64,000 nucleotides of DNA from Sphyrna mokarran (lineage: Eukaryota), in assembly GCA_024679065.1 (NCBI GenBank), contig JAGIQG010000016.1, positions 2,790,001 to 2,854,000 on the forward strand, written 5' to 3'. Within the stretch, counting starts at the first letter, position 1. Every line of letters starts with the position of its first letter. The translations under genes and the position numbers were made by a program. Shown here in pieces: positions 11,031-25,163 of this stretch. A model generated the notes under the pieces. That model made no database searches. It was not told where the DNA came from and saw only the letters and a program-made list of their open reading frames with translations.

Positions 11031-12109
11031 AGGAGCAATTCTCCTATTCCGACCCACTAATTTTTTTGGTGGGTCAGGGTGGGAGATGTGCACCTGCGCC
11101 GATTTGCGGGATTTGCCCACATGCATTCCCGACACGTGTGTTTCCCACTACCAGAAATCTGGAGCAATCAGGGCCACGCAGAAAACTAGCAGGAAGACCA
11201 GGCAAATAATTTTAATTTACTTTTAATGTTATTTGATGCCATTATTGGACCTGGGACTGAATTCTGCGGCTCCGATAGCATCTCCCACCTCATCAGTACA
11301 AATTCACTCTGGTGAGGTGTACAATAGCTCTCCACTTATGGAGAACTAGTGGGAGAACTTGCTGGAGCAAAGGGGATCAATTGGACTGTCCGGGGGGGGT
11401 GGGCTGAGGAGGGGGTGATGTCTCCTGGGCATGAGCACCTAGGTTATGCCAGCCTGTGTGCCTGGCATTGCCAAGTGGCAAAGTGCTAATGCGGAGGGGG
11501 CATCTTGGCACAGCCCACTGGACATGGGGCAGTGCTAACGAGTGGGGATTATTGAGGTGCGGCCTAAGGGGCGATCAGTGGGGCGGGGGACCCGCTACCA
11601 CTTTGCATTGCGATTGATCAGGGTGGCCTGGTGGGGGTGGGTAGTGGTGATTTGCTGGAGGTCTACCTCCTTTGGGGGGGGTGGGGTCTGCCACAAAGAG
11701 GGCAGTTTGTCTTCTGTGGGTAGGGTGGAGCCTGCCGGGCTGGTGATGTGGGGGGCTGGAGACCATGGCCCTCTGGAACGGGAGAGTCAGAGCTGACCCC
11801 CCTGTGGAGGCTGCGATTGGGGCATGGGGGGGTGGGGGGAGTGGGATGCTGGTGGGGCACTGCAGGGATTCTGGGCTGGCTAGCAAACAGGAGGCTGAAA
11901 GTTTGGAGCCACTGTGCATGCGCAGAGTCCCAGAACTGGTATGAATAGGCCCCACCTCTGAGTTTTTAATGATATTCATGATTGTGACCTCTGAATTGCA
12001 CAGAATGTGGGAGGTTCGAGTCTGAACTCCCACTCAAAAAATAATTTTGACTTACAACATTTTTCCCATGGATTCAGCACTTGGAATTTTTTTTGCGAGA
12101 ATCACCCCC
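11031..12109. mobile_element. GC-rich non-autonomous DNA transposon (PIF/Harbinger-like MITE)
   Basis: Imperfect TIR aggagcaattctc / gagaatcaccccc flanked by TAT on both sides; related ~1-kb elements occur elsewhere in the window. Confidence 0.5.
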
Positions 12110-12212
12110 TATGACTCAACGACTGCGACTCCAACTCGCCATGCATCTTGACTTTGAAATACATTGGCTGTTCCTTCACTGTCACTGGGTCAAAATCCTG
12201 ATCATCCTTCCA

Positions 12213-13202
12213 TAAAGATAGGAATCAGTAAGGATAGGCAGCAACATCTCCTCCACGATCATTCTCAGCACTGGTGCCCCACAAGGCCGTGTTCTCAGCC
12301 CCCTAGTATACTCCTTATACCCCTATGGCTGTGTGGCCAAATTCCACTCCAACCTGATATTCAAGTTTGCTGATGACACCACTACAGTGGGTCAGATCTC
12401 AAATAATAAGATGGCTACAGGAAAGAGATAGAGAATCTGGTGAACTGGTGCAGGGACAATAATCTCTCCCTCAATGTCAGCAAAATGAAGGAGATTATCA
12501 TCTAACTCAGGAAGCGTAGTGGCTAACGTGTCCCTGTATACATCAATAGGGATGAAGCTTCAGGTTTTTAGGTGTCTGGATCACCAACAAACTGTTCTGG
12601 CCCTCCCCCACCCCCGCTCACCCATGCCGAAACTACAGTTAAGAAAGCCCACCAAATATCTCTATTTTCTCAGAAGACTAAGGAAATTTGGCATGTCAGC
12701 TATAGCTCTCATCAACTTTTACAGATGCCCCATAGAAAGCATTCTTTCTGGTTGTATCACAGCTTGGTCTGGGCTCCTGCTCTGCCCAAGAGGACAAGAA
12801 ACTACTAAGTGTCATGAACGAAGCCCAATCCATCACATAAACCAGCCTCCCATCCAATGACTCTGTCTACACTTCCTCCTGTCTTGGCAAAGCAGCCAGC
12901 GTAATTAAGGAGCCTAGGCATTCTGTCTTCCAACTTCTCCTGTCAGGAAAAAGATACAGAAGTTTGAGGTCATGTACTGACCAACTCAAAAACAGCTTCT
13001 TCCCTGCTGCCATCAGACTTTTGAATGGACCTACCTTGGATTAAGTTGATCTTTCCCTACACCCTAGCTGTGACTGTAACACTACATTCTGCACTCTCTC
13101 CTTTCCTTCTCTATGAACAGTATGTTTTGTTTGTATAGTGCACAAGAAACAATACTTTTCACTGTATGTTAATACATGTGACAATAATAGATCAAATCAA
13201 AA
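12213..13202 (+). mobile_element. Rex1/Babar-like LINE, 5'-truncated
   Basis: STGAPQG.VLSPL.YSLY…KFADDTT, LYFLRRLRKFGM…FYRC.IESILSGCITAW, and an (aaatc)n tail. Confidence 0.8.
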
Positions 13203-13518
13203 ATTACCTTAACAACACTGTGGGTGTAGCTACACCATACGGACTGCAGCGGTTCAAGAACCGCTAGCTTCTCAAGCATAAAAATAGAGTGCATCTATTA
13301 CATTTTACTGGAAATTGTTTGAGGTTTTCTTTCCTTAAAAAATGAGGCTATTGTGAAACTGCAATGATGTCATCCATGTCTGAACTGATAACTGTAGGAT
13401 CAAACTTATTTTTAATTTAACTGTGTTTCGTTAATGCATTTATTGAAATAAGTGAGTAGATAAATGTGTGAATATGAACCTTATTGAACAGCAGCCTGGT
13501 TTAACAGAATGATTAACA

Positions 13519-13688
13519 GTCTCATAACATCAGGTTAAAGTCCAACATGTTTATTTTGAATCACGAGCTCTCGATATACAGTGCTCTGAAAGCTCGTGAC
13601 TCCAAATAAAACTGTTGGACTTTAACCTGGTGCTGTGAGACTTCTTACTTTGTCCACCTCGGTCCAACGCCTGTATCTCCACATCATG
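13519..13688. mobile_element. Palindromic Penelope-derived mini-element (hammerhead core deleted)
   Basis: Inverted arms …aggttaaagtccaaca… / …tgttggactttaacct… plus the Penelope tail. Confidence 0.7.
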
Positions 13689-13742
13689 ATTAGTGATTGG
13701 AACATTTGAAAACAATACCTGCTCTGACCAGCTTGTGCATGA

Positions 13743-13945
13743 TGGCACAGTGGTTAGCACTGCTGCCGTTATAGCATTAGGGACCTGGGCTCAATTCCTA
13801 GCTTTGGTCACAGTCTATGTGGAGTCTGCACGTTCTCCCTGTATCTGCGTGGGTTTCATCCGGGTCCTCTGGTTTCCCCCTACAGTCTGAAAGATGTGCT
13901 ACTTAGATGCATTGGCCATGCTAAATTTTCGCTCAGTCTACCTGA
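13743..13945 (+). mobile_element. HE1-like V-SINE
   Basis: tRNA-like head ggcacagtggttagcactgctgcc and V-domain tgcacgttctccc…gggttt…ggtttcc. Confidence 0.8.
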
Positions 13946-14467
13946 ACCCGTTCAGATTCCAGCACTTCTAACTTCAGAGTAGCTATTTTAAAAAACCCAG
14001 ACCATTTCACACAGGACAACGCACACACTCACTGCATGGGACTGGCACACTGCTCCCCTCAATCCCACACTGACCACTCAGTGGAACCCCACACATCCTA
14101 AACAGGCAACATGCTGGTTCAGATCATATAAGACGTCTCAGACAGAAAAAAACTGATAGTGCCATCCATACAATCCATCCAAGTTTCATGGGTTAGTTTG
14201 ATGTAGGTGATGGAATATTCCTGGGAAGGATGAAAAGTGTCAGGAGAAGACTAAGGAAACACACTATAAGGAAAAGAGAGGGTCAAGGGATTCACAGAGG
14301 GACAGAATGAGTGAAGGCTCAACAAGCTAATGGCAGATGAACATTTGAAAATATGGCTTTTCAATGCCAGCTTTAGCTACAGAACTCAATGTTTGATAAG
14401 GTACTTCAAAACAAAAAAAATTCTGCATGGGGTGCAGAGATCTTGTTAACACTGCATCTCTGAAAAT

Positions 14468-14772
14468 TAGTTCAATGTGAGAAATTAAACTGAGGGGCCC
14501 ATCTGCCCTCTTGGGTGTGTGTGCAAGACCCTATGGCCACTGTTTGGAAGAAACGTTGCGGAAGGTTGGGGGGGGGAGGTAGTTCTCCCCAGTATCATAG
14601 GACCAACATTTATTACTCAACCAATATCACTGAAGAAATCAGACGATGTGGCTCGCTATTACATTGCTGCATGTGGGATCTTGCTCTGGGCAAATTGGCT
14701 GCTGCATTTTCTACCTTACAATAGTAACTAAACTTCTGAAAAAGATGAACTTCATTGTAGAACTCTTTGGGT
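14468..14772 (+). mobile_element. Deu-domain SINE (SacSINE1/AmnSINE-like), 3' part
   Basis: ttaaactgaggggcccatctgccctc…attgctgcatgtgggatcttgct…caaattggctgctgcatttt, recognised by eye. Confidence 0.7.
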
Positions 14773-16499
14773 TATTTGAAGCTTATACTCTGCACAAGAG
14801 ATTTGACATGTGGAGGAAGCATTTTACTTACACTAGTTTGAGCCGTGGAGTTGTCGAATGAACCCTGTCGGATAGACGACTAATTGAAGAGACTCCAAGA
14901 AGTTGATACAATTTAGGGAATGATTAGTGGAGAGATGATCTTTGCTGTCGTTGCTGTATTGGACATGAGGGGAACTGGCTCTGGGCAAAGGGTCAGTACT
15001 AATACAGTTCCTGTATTTCTGCAGGATGTGAAACAGGGCACGTTGCATGGTTTTTGGTGTGACCACATGTCTTTATTTGGTATAGCATGCGTCTAGTTCA
15101 TGTACACTCTTGAAAACTGAAAAAACCACAGCATGTGCAGTTTAGATCTGTTATCAGTAATTCCAATGCCAGCATCTCTATATTGTCAGAAACACGCACA
15201 GTCTCATCCAATTGTGAAAAAGTAACCCGTAGCAATGTGTATAACTGTAAACCCCAGCTCCACCAGAATAACCACTCACATACTATTATAAAGCCAGCTG
15301 ATGTTGTTACTGGACAGTCAAGCCCCCCTCTCCCCAGTGGAAATCTGGCTCAATCGACCATAACTTCTGTAGTTTAGAGGTATGGATGAACAGAGTCACA
15401 GCGTTGCTAATTAACTTTTAACAAAACATTAAGACATTTATTAAACATGAAAAGATTAACAATAATTTTCAGAGATAGAGTTTTCTAAGGATAACACAAG
15501 CTATTAAATATATCTGATGCTCTAATCCTCTTGGTAATTACATAGCCCAAGTAAACCAACAAACTAACTGTGGTTAGACACACCACAGTCTGAACCCCAT
15601 GGGTTGCAGATGCCACCCAGTGCAACTTCTGTGGATTTCTTATCACATCCCCATAGATATCAGCCAACTGTGGCAGGTGCAACAAGAAGAATTCACCCCT
15701 ACAACTCTCAGTGAAGGCAATTCAAGTGTAAAAAAAGAACAAAGAGAGAGAGAGATGACTGATTGTCCAAGTCTGAATAAAACACAACCAGACAGTGCGG
15801 TGAAGCCTCCTGACTGAAACTGTGAAGTTAAAGACTTAGGGTTGCTGTGGGTGGGAGTCGGTGATGGGTGGATAAGAGAATGGGTACGTATGAATGCGAG
15901 AGAAAATGGGGAAATATTTGGGGAAGTTGCAGTATTGGAGTTGCAAGATTTAATGTGTGGGATGGTGTAAATAGAACCTCCTGAAATGGTGCTGTAAGAG
16001 ACACGTGACTGAAAGTCGAGAGAGAGAATGTACTTCAGCACAGTAACTTCGTGTCATGTATATTTGTATATAGTTTTGTTATGTCACAGCTAGTATTATC
16101 CGCACACAATGGTAAGTGTAACAGACTCTCCTGTGATTACAGCCCACTGGAACTGTTCCAATACAAACAGAAGATTTGGATCAATGTGGTTAACAGATGA
16201 AACCATAGGTGATGACTTACGACTATTGGTCATTGGATTTTTGTGACTTTCTGTGCACTGCCAATGGCATCACAGCTTAAAAAAAGCATTCCACACACAT
16301 TGCACCATATAAGGATTTCTAAGCTTTACCTCAGAAAGTAATGAGTGTACCACCCCCACCATCATGAGAATTCACATCCCCCCCCCCAAAAAACACAGAT
16401 CAGCCCATTAATCCAGATCCTCAGCCCAATACATATTGCCCCTTGTCTGAGAAAGTCAAAAGTAAAAGTTAGACTCCTACAATCCCCTTGACATTTTCA

Positions 16500-19400
16500 G
16501 TTTTACATCTAGTCTAGATAGCGGTTCAAATTGGTTGTTTTGCTAAAAACATTCACTCAACATCCCAGGGGAATTCCATGGTCAGTTTTTTTTTAATGTT
16601 TTCATTGAAAATTTTAAACTTTATATTCAGTATGGTAGGTAAGAAATTCCAGGATTCACAACAAGACTGGTACTAAGCATGCAAAATCAAATAGGATCAT
16701 CGTCCAGTCTTTTCCAACATTGATCTTTCTATCTTTTTACAGTAAAGTTGTGATAAAGCATCTACAATCACATTCTGTCTTCCTGCCACATTTATAATTG
16801 TCAAATTAAATGACTGTTATTCAGCTGCTTCCTCTTTCTTTTCAGAGATCACTCTCTGTTCTCGATCCTGATTTGATTCTGAGTCTGAGCCTGGATCCAT
16901 TGTCACAACTGTAAATTAATCCTGGCAATGCCTCAAAGAGCTGGGCAAGACTTAGAAGGTAAAACTTTACATTGAATGCAAATGCTACTAACCTCTTTGA
17001 ATTTGCTTTGTAATTCCCGTTGCTTCAATTTTGGTTTTCAGAGTGCTAAAATATCGAAATGAAATCATGTTGAGCTGCTCACAAACTTTGTCAAAGAGAA
17101 CTTGTCCCCTTGCATGTTTCCTCAAACTTCACAGATGTGTTTAGAGTCATCCAGAAGGGTCATGATATTCCTGTCGCCTTTCTTTTTAACTGGCCTTAGT
17201 CCCTCTTAGTAGTCCAATCCCCCCTACTGTTGTCAAATGGTACACTCAAAACTTTTTCTAATTGTGTATCTTTCTGTTGCAATATAGTTTATTAATTCAT
17301 TTGTTTGCTCTGGATCTTCCTCATCATTTTCTGTGAATTCTTTTCAAAAGCATATTGCAGACTGTCTTCTTTAGTGTTAGAATTTGTTGTAATTATGGTT
17401 TTAATGATCACTGTGGCAGTCATGATGTTGCGAAAACCACCTTAACTTACTTGAACATTAGATATGTTCCCTGGGCACCTGTTGCTGTGTAAGCTGGATA
17501 TTCATTATTTCAGCAGTTCATTAGAAGCGTTGGTACAATTTCACCAAACAGACTTTGCAGCTTTGTCCTTTTCTTCTGTCTGTGATAGTAAAATGCTTCT
17601 GCTCCTCAATCACCATCTTGAGATCCCATATGATTGCCAACTGATCTACATTTTTGTTCTTACAGATGACAAGTGCTGTTGACAGTCCTGCAGTTCATGC
17701 TCAGTTAATTTCAACAGCTCGGGAAAACGATTGTAATCCTCTGGAAGGTAACTTAGTAATTTATCCCAATTTCTCACTACTTTTTCTTTGTCCAGTTGGA
17801 CTTGAGGAATGTCAAATTCAGAATCATCTGGATTTAGCTTTTCTCTCTGAGCTGTAACAATTAACACATCCTGCTTCTGTTTTCCTTCTGTATTAAAATG
17901 CTGTTTTAATAGTACTTATACTGTCTCCCCACTAACAAAACTGTAAATATTTGATCTCTTATCTGCTTCTTTTTTTATTGCCTGATGTACCCGTTTTAAA
18001 TGCTGTCTACCAACTCTCCAGCCTTAGCTAATCTCTCCCTAAAGTTTGACACATAGTCCAATACTTTAGTCTCAATAATGTAGTCTCAGAACACTGACTC
18101 ATCAAATTGCTCTTTGACCAATTTAAATGGTCCTCTTATCTTATGATCAAAAATCCATTCAAATGGTTTGAATTTTGTTACTTCAATAGGTACATCTGTA
18201 ATTCCAAAAAGTACAAATAGAATTTCTTTATCCCAATCTTTTGGATAATCCTGACTATAGGCCCTCAACATGGTCTTTAAAGTTTGATATAGTTCTAACA
18301 CTCCCTGTGATTCTGGATAATGCAGTTGTTTCAAATTGCTTTACTCCTAAACTATCCATAACTTCCCAAAATAGCTTTGACATAAAATTGGATCCTTGAT
18401 CTTATTGGATTTCTGTGGACATTCCCCATCTGATAGAAGATTTAAGTAATTCCTCTACAATTATTTTCACTGCAATATTACATAATGCAAAGGCCTCAGG
18501 AAATCTAGTAGATACCATTATGGTCAACAGATATGATTTTCACATTTCATTTTGAGTAGGGTCCCACACAGTCATTTAGGACCCTTGTAAAAGGTTCCTC
18601 AAATGCAGGACTGGGTATTAAAGGGGTTAGTTTGATGCTCACTTGATGTTTTCCTGTCACCTGACATTCAAAAACGTCCAGCAAAATTCAACACTTCCTT
18701 ACACAGTGCAGGCCAATAAAAGAGTTTTTCTATTTTAGCTTGAGTTTTCCTTATTCCCAAATGACTTCCTATTGGAATCTCATAAGCCACATGCAGAACC
18801 TCCTTTCTTTAACCCACTGGTAATACCATTAATGCCTGAATATGTAAAGGTCTCCACTTCTTCATTAAGATATTATTTCTAGTGTAATAATATTCCAATA
18901 TATATTCAGATTCTCCTTCTGTCTATGCTTTCTAGTAGTACTTTATCTCTGCATCTTTCAGTTGTAATTCTGCCAACTTTCCTGAACTAAAAATATCTGC
19001 TTGATCCACTCCCTGTTCTCGTTCTTCATCAACCATCTGGTCAGAGAACTTTTTTCTGATAACTGAACATTAACTTCCTTATCTTCACTCTCCAATTTCT
19101 CCTCCTCTAATCCAACCTGTGGCTTTGTGATCTTGTTTGATTTTCCATTGGCTTTTCAACCACAGTAGGTATCAGTGTGATCTAGTTGTATCATCACACA
19201 GGATTATTTGAATCCCTGAAAAAAATAATTTCTCTATTACTCCTACCACCATCACTTTGAACCAGATTCTCCAATTTTTTCTTACATAATGGAATGCTAT
19301 TCTTCTCACAATGAATTCCACATGCTACCATCTTTCCTGGCAGTACTTTTTCCAAACTACATATCTCATCTCTCAGCATTAAAGCTGCTCCCATATCTCT

Positions 19401-21665
19401 TTAAATTTTAAATTCTTTACCTATTCCTCCGAGCACATGAGTAACGTTACCCACACAAGTAAAATCTTTAAAGAAATCTAGCACTTTTTTTTTAACCAAC
19501 CAATACCTGAACAGGCTGTACATTCTTTTGCACTTCTTCAGTTTCAACTCAAGCATCTTTCACCACCTTAACAAGTCCTACTGGCTTATCCTGTTTACCA
19601 CATCTGTCTTCCAGTGCATTTCTTAAAACACAAAAACTGCAATTTTGTATGTCCAACATTATTATAATGAAAATATCTGAGGTTTTAAATTTCTCTCCCA
19701 CCTTCATATGTTTCCTTTTTAACCTGAGGTAAACTATCTTTACTGTCTCCAGTAAGATTTTATTTGCCTTTATTCTTGATGATTTCTCTTTACTCCAGTT
19801 TCTTTCCCTCATAGATTGAAATTGATGTCAAAATCCAAATTTTGATTTATGCACCAACTCAGAATCTTTTGCCATTGCTACTGCTAGTCTTGCAGTTTTA
19901 ACTTTCTGCTCTTTTGAGTGAATTCTCATTACTTTGGGAAGTTAATTTTTAAACTCCTTTAAAATAACCATTTCCCTAAGAGTGCCATATGCCTGGTCTA
20001 CTTTCAGTGCTTTTCTTCACCTGTCCAAGTTACTTTGTTTGATTCTTTCAAATACTATATAGGTTTGACTTGGTTCCTTCTTTTGATTTCTAAGCCTCTG
20101 TTTGTAGTCTGCTGGCACTAGTTCATATGCTCCTAAGATGGCTTTATTCACCTCATCATAATCCATAGATACCTCCTCCGATGGTGCTGCAAACACCTCA
20201 TTAGCTCTACCTGTCATTTTCATTTGAACCAACAATATGTGTGTGTGGTTTGTGGCCATTTTATTGTTTAACTACTTTCTCAAATGAAATGAAAAAGGCT
20301 TCTACATCCTTCTCATCAAACCTTGGCAGTGCTTGAACATATTTAAACAGATCCTCATCAATTTTTGATTTTAATGGGTTTGTGTTTCCTTACAACTTCC
20401 AAGCTTTATCCTCACCTCCACCAGTTTAAACTGACTTTTGAATTCCATTTTCTGAACTTCAAAATCTCTCTCCCTTTCTTCTCTCTTTGTTGCAGTTTGT
20501 TCTGCAATTGCTTTTTTTTCTTTTTCTGCTGCTGTTAATTGCAGTTCAAACCATCAGAATTCAGTTTTCTTTCATTCTTTCTCTCTTTGTTCTGTTGAAA
20601 TTATCATTCTTTGCCTTTCTTTGCTTTTAATTACTGCTGTTTCATTTGTAACTGAATTCTAGCAAATTCCAATGCTTCTGACTGAGTGATCTACTGGTGA
20701 TCTTAAATGTTATCACAGTGAATAATTGTGGTAAAGTCAGGTAAAGTTAGCTGCACTTGTTTGTCAATTCCAAAAGCTTTGGTTTGACTGTCTTTTATAA
20801 AGCATTCCAAGATTTCACATCAGGGGAATTTTAGTCACTGAAAGAGTCCCTAATTACACTAATCGAAAATAATACCTGTAAACAAAACACCAATACTCAA
20901 CATCCACTGTCTTTGAGTTCAATAATCCCAAACCAACAAGGAATTATAGTTTTTAATGCTGTTAGAACTCCCAATTTTGTCCGAGTACCTGAACAGAAAC
21001 TGGAAAGTATTGTCATGAAGCCTGGCTAGATTCCAGGTTTTTGTATTTTGGCACTAGTGTGAGGAGTTTCATTTCTTATCTGTCGTGATTCTACTAACAC
21101 ACTAGGAAGCTTTTATTAAAATAAACTTTATTTAATAATACAGTCTAACTTTAATGAATAAATTAGTGTAAATATTATAATTTGAAATACTTAAAACATA
21201 CAAGATACAATTCCCAACTACTAGCCTACCTCTATCAAACAATATTCCTCTTATAGACTTGAACTCTGACACATAGGTATGTTTGTACTTCTTAACAGTT
21301 TTAGAGCTTTTTGAACAGCTCTGGAGAAAGGGAGAGAAAAAAATGACGTCTCTTGCTCTTTCAGGATCAATTGTGCACTTTCCCTGCAAGCTCATATCTG
21401 CTGAATCACATAATCTGCCTCTGTCAATCAACCTGATCAAAACCCTATTCAGAACCCCAGGAGAAACCAAAATAAACAAAAACACATGAACTCAGATTAA
21501 AACAAACACATCCTGAACTAAAATCAATCATTAGCCAGCATTTTCAGTTATGTGGACTGGCTGGTGCAGACTAATCAGAACTGGTGAAAAACAGCTGAAT
21601 TTTAAACATACACCTGACAAGAAACATGATATAAATACATTTCTTAAAGGTATAGTATCACCACA
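16500..21665 (-). mobile_element. Degenerate Gypsy LTR retrotransposon, Gmr1-like (gag-PR-INT order, RT largely deleted)
   Basis: gag TGRANEVF…DYDEVNKAILGAYELVPADYKQR (20017-20259); integrase YPESQGVLE…LKTMLRAY…DWDK (18086-18334); RNase H end FNLTIINVAGRQNVIVDALS near 16750-16812. Confidence 0.8.
21011..21665 (-). repeat. Putative 5' LTR of the Gypsy element
   Basis: TGT…ACA ends, AATAAA on the minus strand, located upstream of gag. A matching 3' LTR was not confidently found. Confidence 0.5.
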
Positions 21666-21784
21666 AATCTCCTCAGCCCCTATCTCTGTAACTTCCTCCA
21701 GCCCCTACACCCTTATCTCTGGTATTCTCCTCCAGCCCCTACACTCCTCCCTACCTCTGTAAATTCCTCCAGCCCCTACAACCA

Positions 21785-24268
21785 GTTTCACTTCAGTTAA
21801 GCTCAGATATAGGAAGGGTGCCATCACTTTGCCAGGGTTGTACTGTAGTCCTCTTAGTAGTTAGTGAGAGATAAAGGGATAGATAAGTGGACAAATTATG
21901 GAAAAATGTAAAAATAACAGGATTGCTCTAGTGGGTGATTTTAACTTCCCCCATATTAAATATGACTCCCTTAGTACTAGGGGCTTGGATGAGAGGGGAT
22001 TTCCTAGGTGTCTAGGAGGTTTTCTTGAAGTAATATATAAGTAGCTCAACTAGGGAAAGGGACATACTAGACCTGGTATTGGGGAATGAACCCAGCCACA
22101 TGATCAACGTTTCAATGTGGGGGGAGCCCTTTGGGAACAGTAATCATAATTCTGTGAATTTTAAGTTTACTAATGGATAAACGTAAGAATATTCCTCAAA
22201 TGAAAGTACTAAACTGGGAGAGGCTAACTACGACAATAATAGGCAGGAACTTGAGCAATGTAGATTGGGGGATGACTGTTTGAGGGTAAATTCACCTCTG
22301 TAATGTGGGAGTCTTTTAAAGGCTAGTTGACTAAAGTTCAGGACCAACATGTTCCTATGAAAATGAAGAATAAAGAAGTAAGATCCAGGAACCTTGAATG
22401 ACAAGAAAAATTGTGAGCTTAGTCAAAAAAATAAAGGAGGCATATGTAAGGTTTAGAAACTATACTCTCCTTATACACCTATGACTGTGTGGTCAAATTG
22501 CCCTCCAACTCGATTTTCAGGTTTGCTGATGACAGCACTGTGGGGGTTGGATGTCAAACAACTATAAGTCAGAGTACAGGAATGAGATAGAGAACCTGGT
22601 GAACTGGTGCGACAACAATAATCTTTCCCTTAATGTCAACAAAATGAAAAATGTCATTGACTTCAGGAAGCGTAGAGGAGAACATGCCCCTGTCTACATC
22701 AACAGGGATGAAGCAGAAAGGGTTGAGAGCTTCAAGTTTTTAGGTGTCCAGATCACCAATACCCTGTCCTAGCCCCCCCATGCCAACACTATAGTTAAGA
22801 AAACCCACCAATGCCTCTACTTTCTCAGAAGACTAAGGAAATTCGGCATGTAAGCTATGACTCTCACCAACTTTTACAGATGCACCATAGAAAGCATACT
22901 TTCTGGTTGGATCACAGCTTGGTATGGCTCCTGTTCTGCCCAAGACCGCAAGGAACTACAAAAGATTGTTAATGTAGCCCAATCGATCACGCAAACCAGT
23001 CTCCCCTCTATTGACTCTGCCTATACTTCCCTCTGCCTCGCAAAGCAGCCAGTATAATTAAAGACTGTATGCATGGCGGACATTCTCTCTTCCACCTTCT
23101 TTCATTGGGAAATAAATACAAAAATCTGAGGTCCAACCGACTCAAGAACAGCTTCTTCCCTGCTGCCATCAGATGTTTGAATGGACCCGCCTTACATTAA
23201 ATTGATCTTTCTCTATACCCTAGCTATGACTAACACTACATCCTGTAGTCTCTAATTTCTTTCTCTATGAATGGTATGCTTTGTCTGTACAGCGCACACG
23301 AAAAAATACTTTTCACTGTTTGCTAATACATGTGACAATAATAAATCAAATCATATCAAATCAAAGGAAAGTGAAGACAGAGTCCATGAAGAATATAGAA
23401 AAATGTGGAAAGAGCTTAAACACTGAGTGAGAAAGACTAAAAGGAGCCACAAAATGTCCTTAGCAAACAGGATTAAGGAAAATCCTGAGGCATTTTATTT
23501 GTATATCAGGAACAAAAGGGTAGCTAGAGAAAGGGTAGGTCCACTCAGGGACAGAGGAAGGAATTTAAGTTTGGAGCAGATGAAAATAGTTGAGTCCTTA
23601 ATGAATACTTTGCATTGATATTCATGAAGGAGAAGGACATGGTGGGTGGTGAGTCTAGAGAGGGGAATGTTGTATTCTAGGGCATGTTGATATAAAAAAA
23701 GTGAACGTGATGGCTGTTTTTAAAAACATTAAGGGACCTGATGAAATCTATCACAGAATACTGAGGGAAGCAAGAGAAGAAATTGCTGGGATCTTGTACA
23801 AAGTCTCTATATCCTCTTTAGCCACATGAGAGATTCCAGAGGACTGGAGATTAAGTAATGGTTTTCCTTTGTTGAGGAGGGGCAACAAGGATAATCCAGG
23901 AAACTACAGGCCGATGAGCCTTACATCATTGGTAGGGAAATTATTGGAGAAGATTTTTAGGACAGGATTTACTCACATTTGGAACAATATTATTAGTGAT
24001 GGGCAGCCTGGCTTCGTGCAGGGGAGATTGTGTCTCACAAACTTGAGTGTTTTTTGAGGAAATGACAAAGGCGTTTGATGAGGGCAGGACTATATATGTT
24101 GTCTATGTGGATTTTAGCAAGGCCTATGACAAGATCCCTCATGGCAGGCTGATACAGGTGAAGTCACATAGGACCTTCAGTCACCTGCAGTAAGATGGAT
24201 ACAGAACTGATTTGGTAATAGAAGACAGAGAGTAGTGATGGAAGAATGCTTTTCTGACTGGAGATCTG
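21785..24268 (+). mobile_element. Degenerate CR1 (EN-RT), split by a Rex1 insertion
   Basis: GDFNFP, LDLVLGNEP, RIKENPEAFY and KDNPGNYRPMSLTS motifs. Confidence 0.8.
22461..23364 (+). mobile_element. Rex1/Babar-like LINE
   Basis: YRNEIENLVNWCDNNNLSLNVNK…FYRCTIESILSG; aaatc tail. Confidence 0.85.
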
Positions 24269-24269
24269 T

Positions 24270-25027
24270 GTAAGAAGTCTCACAAAGCCCAACAAGTTTA
24301 TTTGATAGTAAACGCACAAGCTTTCGGAACGTTGTTCATTTGTCAGGTGAGTGGAAAGTTCTGATCAGAGAAGGGCATATTAATGCACACACAAGGCCAG
24401 ATTTTACAAATTGGAGGCTAAGTACTGGATCCAGATGTAAAACGGATCTGAGCCCGGAATCCCCATTCAAGATCACCCATAAACTTTTTGACGGCTCTGG
24501 TCTGGTCCTCGCTGTGGCCGGGCTTAGTGCTGTTGGAACGATCGGAGCTCTGAACTGCACATGTGCAGTTTGAAAAAAATCTGAAACAGTGCTCCTGGGC
24601 ACAAAAGACAAAACCAGAGAGAGCCGGGGTGGGAGTGGGGGAGAAGGATGAGCCGCAATCAGACCCCCCGGAAGGCAAGTCCCTGGCAGACGCCTCCCCC
24701 AATCAAATCCCATCAGGAAGGCAGCACCTCTCCCCCTGAGAGGCATCCTCCTCCCTGAAATCACCCGGGAGGCAGACCCCACGGCAGAGCCCCCCCTCCC
24801 CACTCCCCAGCCCCCCACCCTGGCAGGGGCCCCCCCGCCTCAGCACATCACACCCACAACCTATCTAGATCGCTGCTGTCTCTCCATTATCTTTCTGACC
24901 TGCACTCGATATGGAGATGCCGGCATCGGACTGGGGTGAACACAATAAGAAGTCTCACAACACCAGGTTAAAGTCCTGTTGGAAAGTCCTGTTGGAGTTT
25001 AACCTGGTGTTGTGAGACTTGTTACTG
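24270..25027. mobile_element. Penelope terminal pieces flanking a GC-rich insert
   Basis: aagtctcaca…aagctttcgg…tcaggtgag (minus-strand hammerhead remnant) and a short palindrome at 24948-25027. Confidence 0.55.
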
Positions 25028-25163
25028 CACTCATTGGACAGCCTGCAGCACCTTCCTGGCTTTCTGCTGGCATCTGCCGGAGAAGGGGGGAGGTGCTGAG
25101 ATGGATCTCTGGTTAGGGAGGGGCAGTGGAGGATGTGGGGATGATGGATTTGGGAGAATCTCA

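Noticed and set aside
13743-13810. tRNA genes
   Set aside because: The A/B-box-like segments here and at 38888 and 51841 are SINE heads continuing into V-domains, with no cloverleaf.
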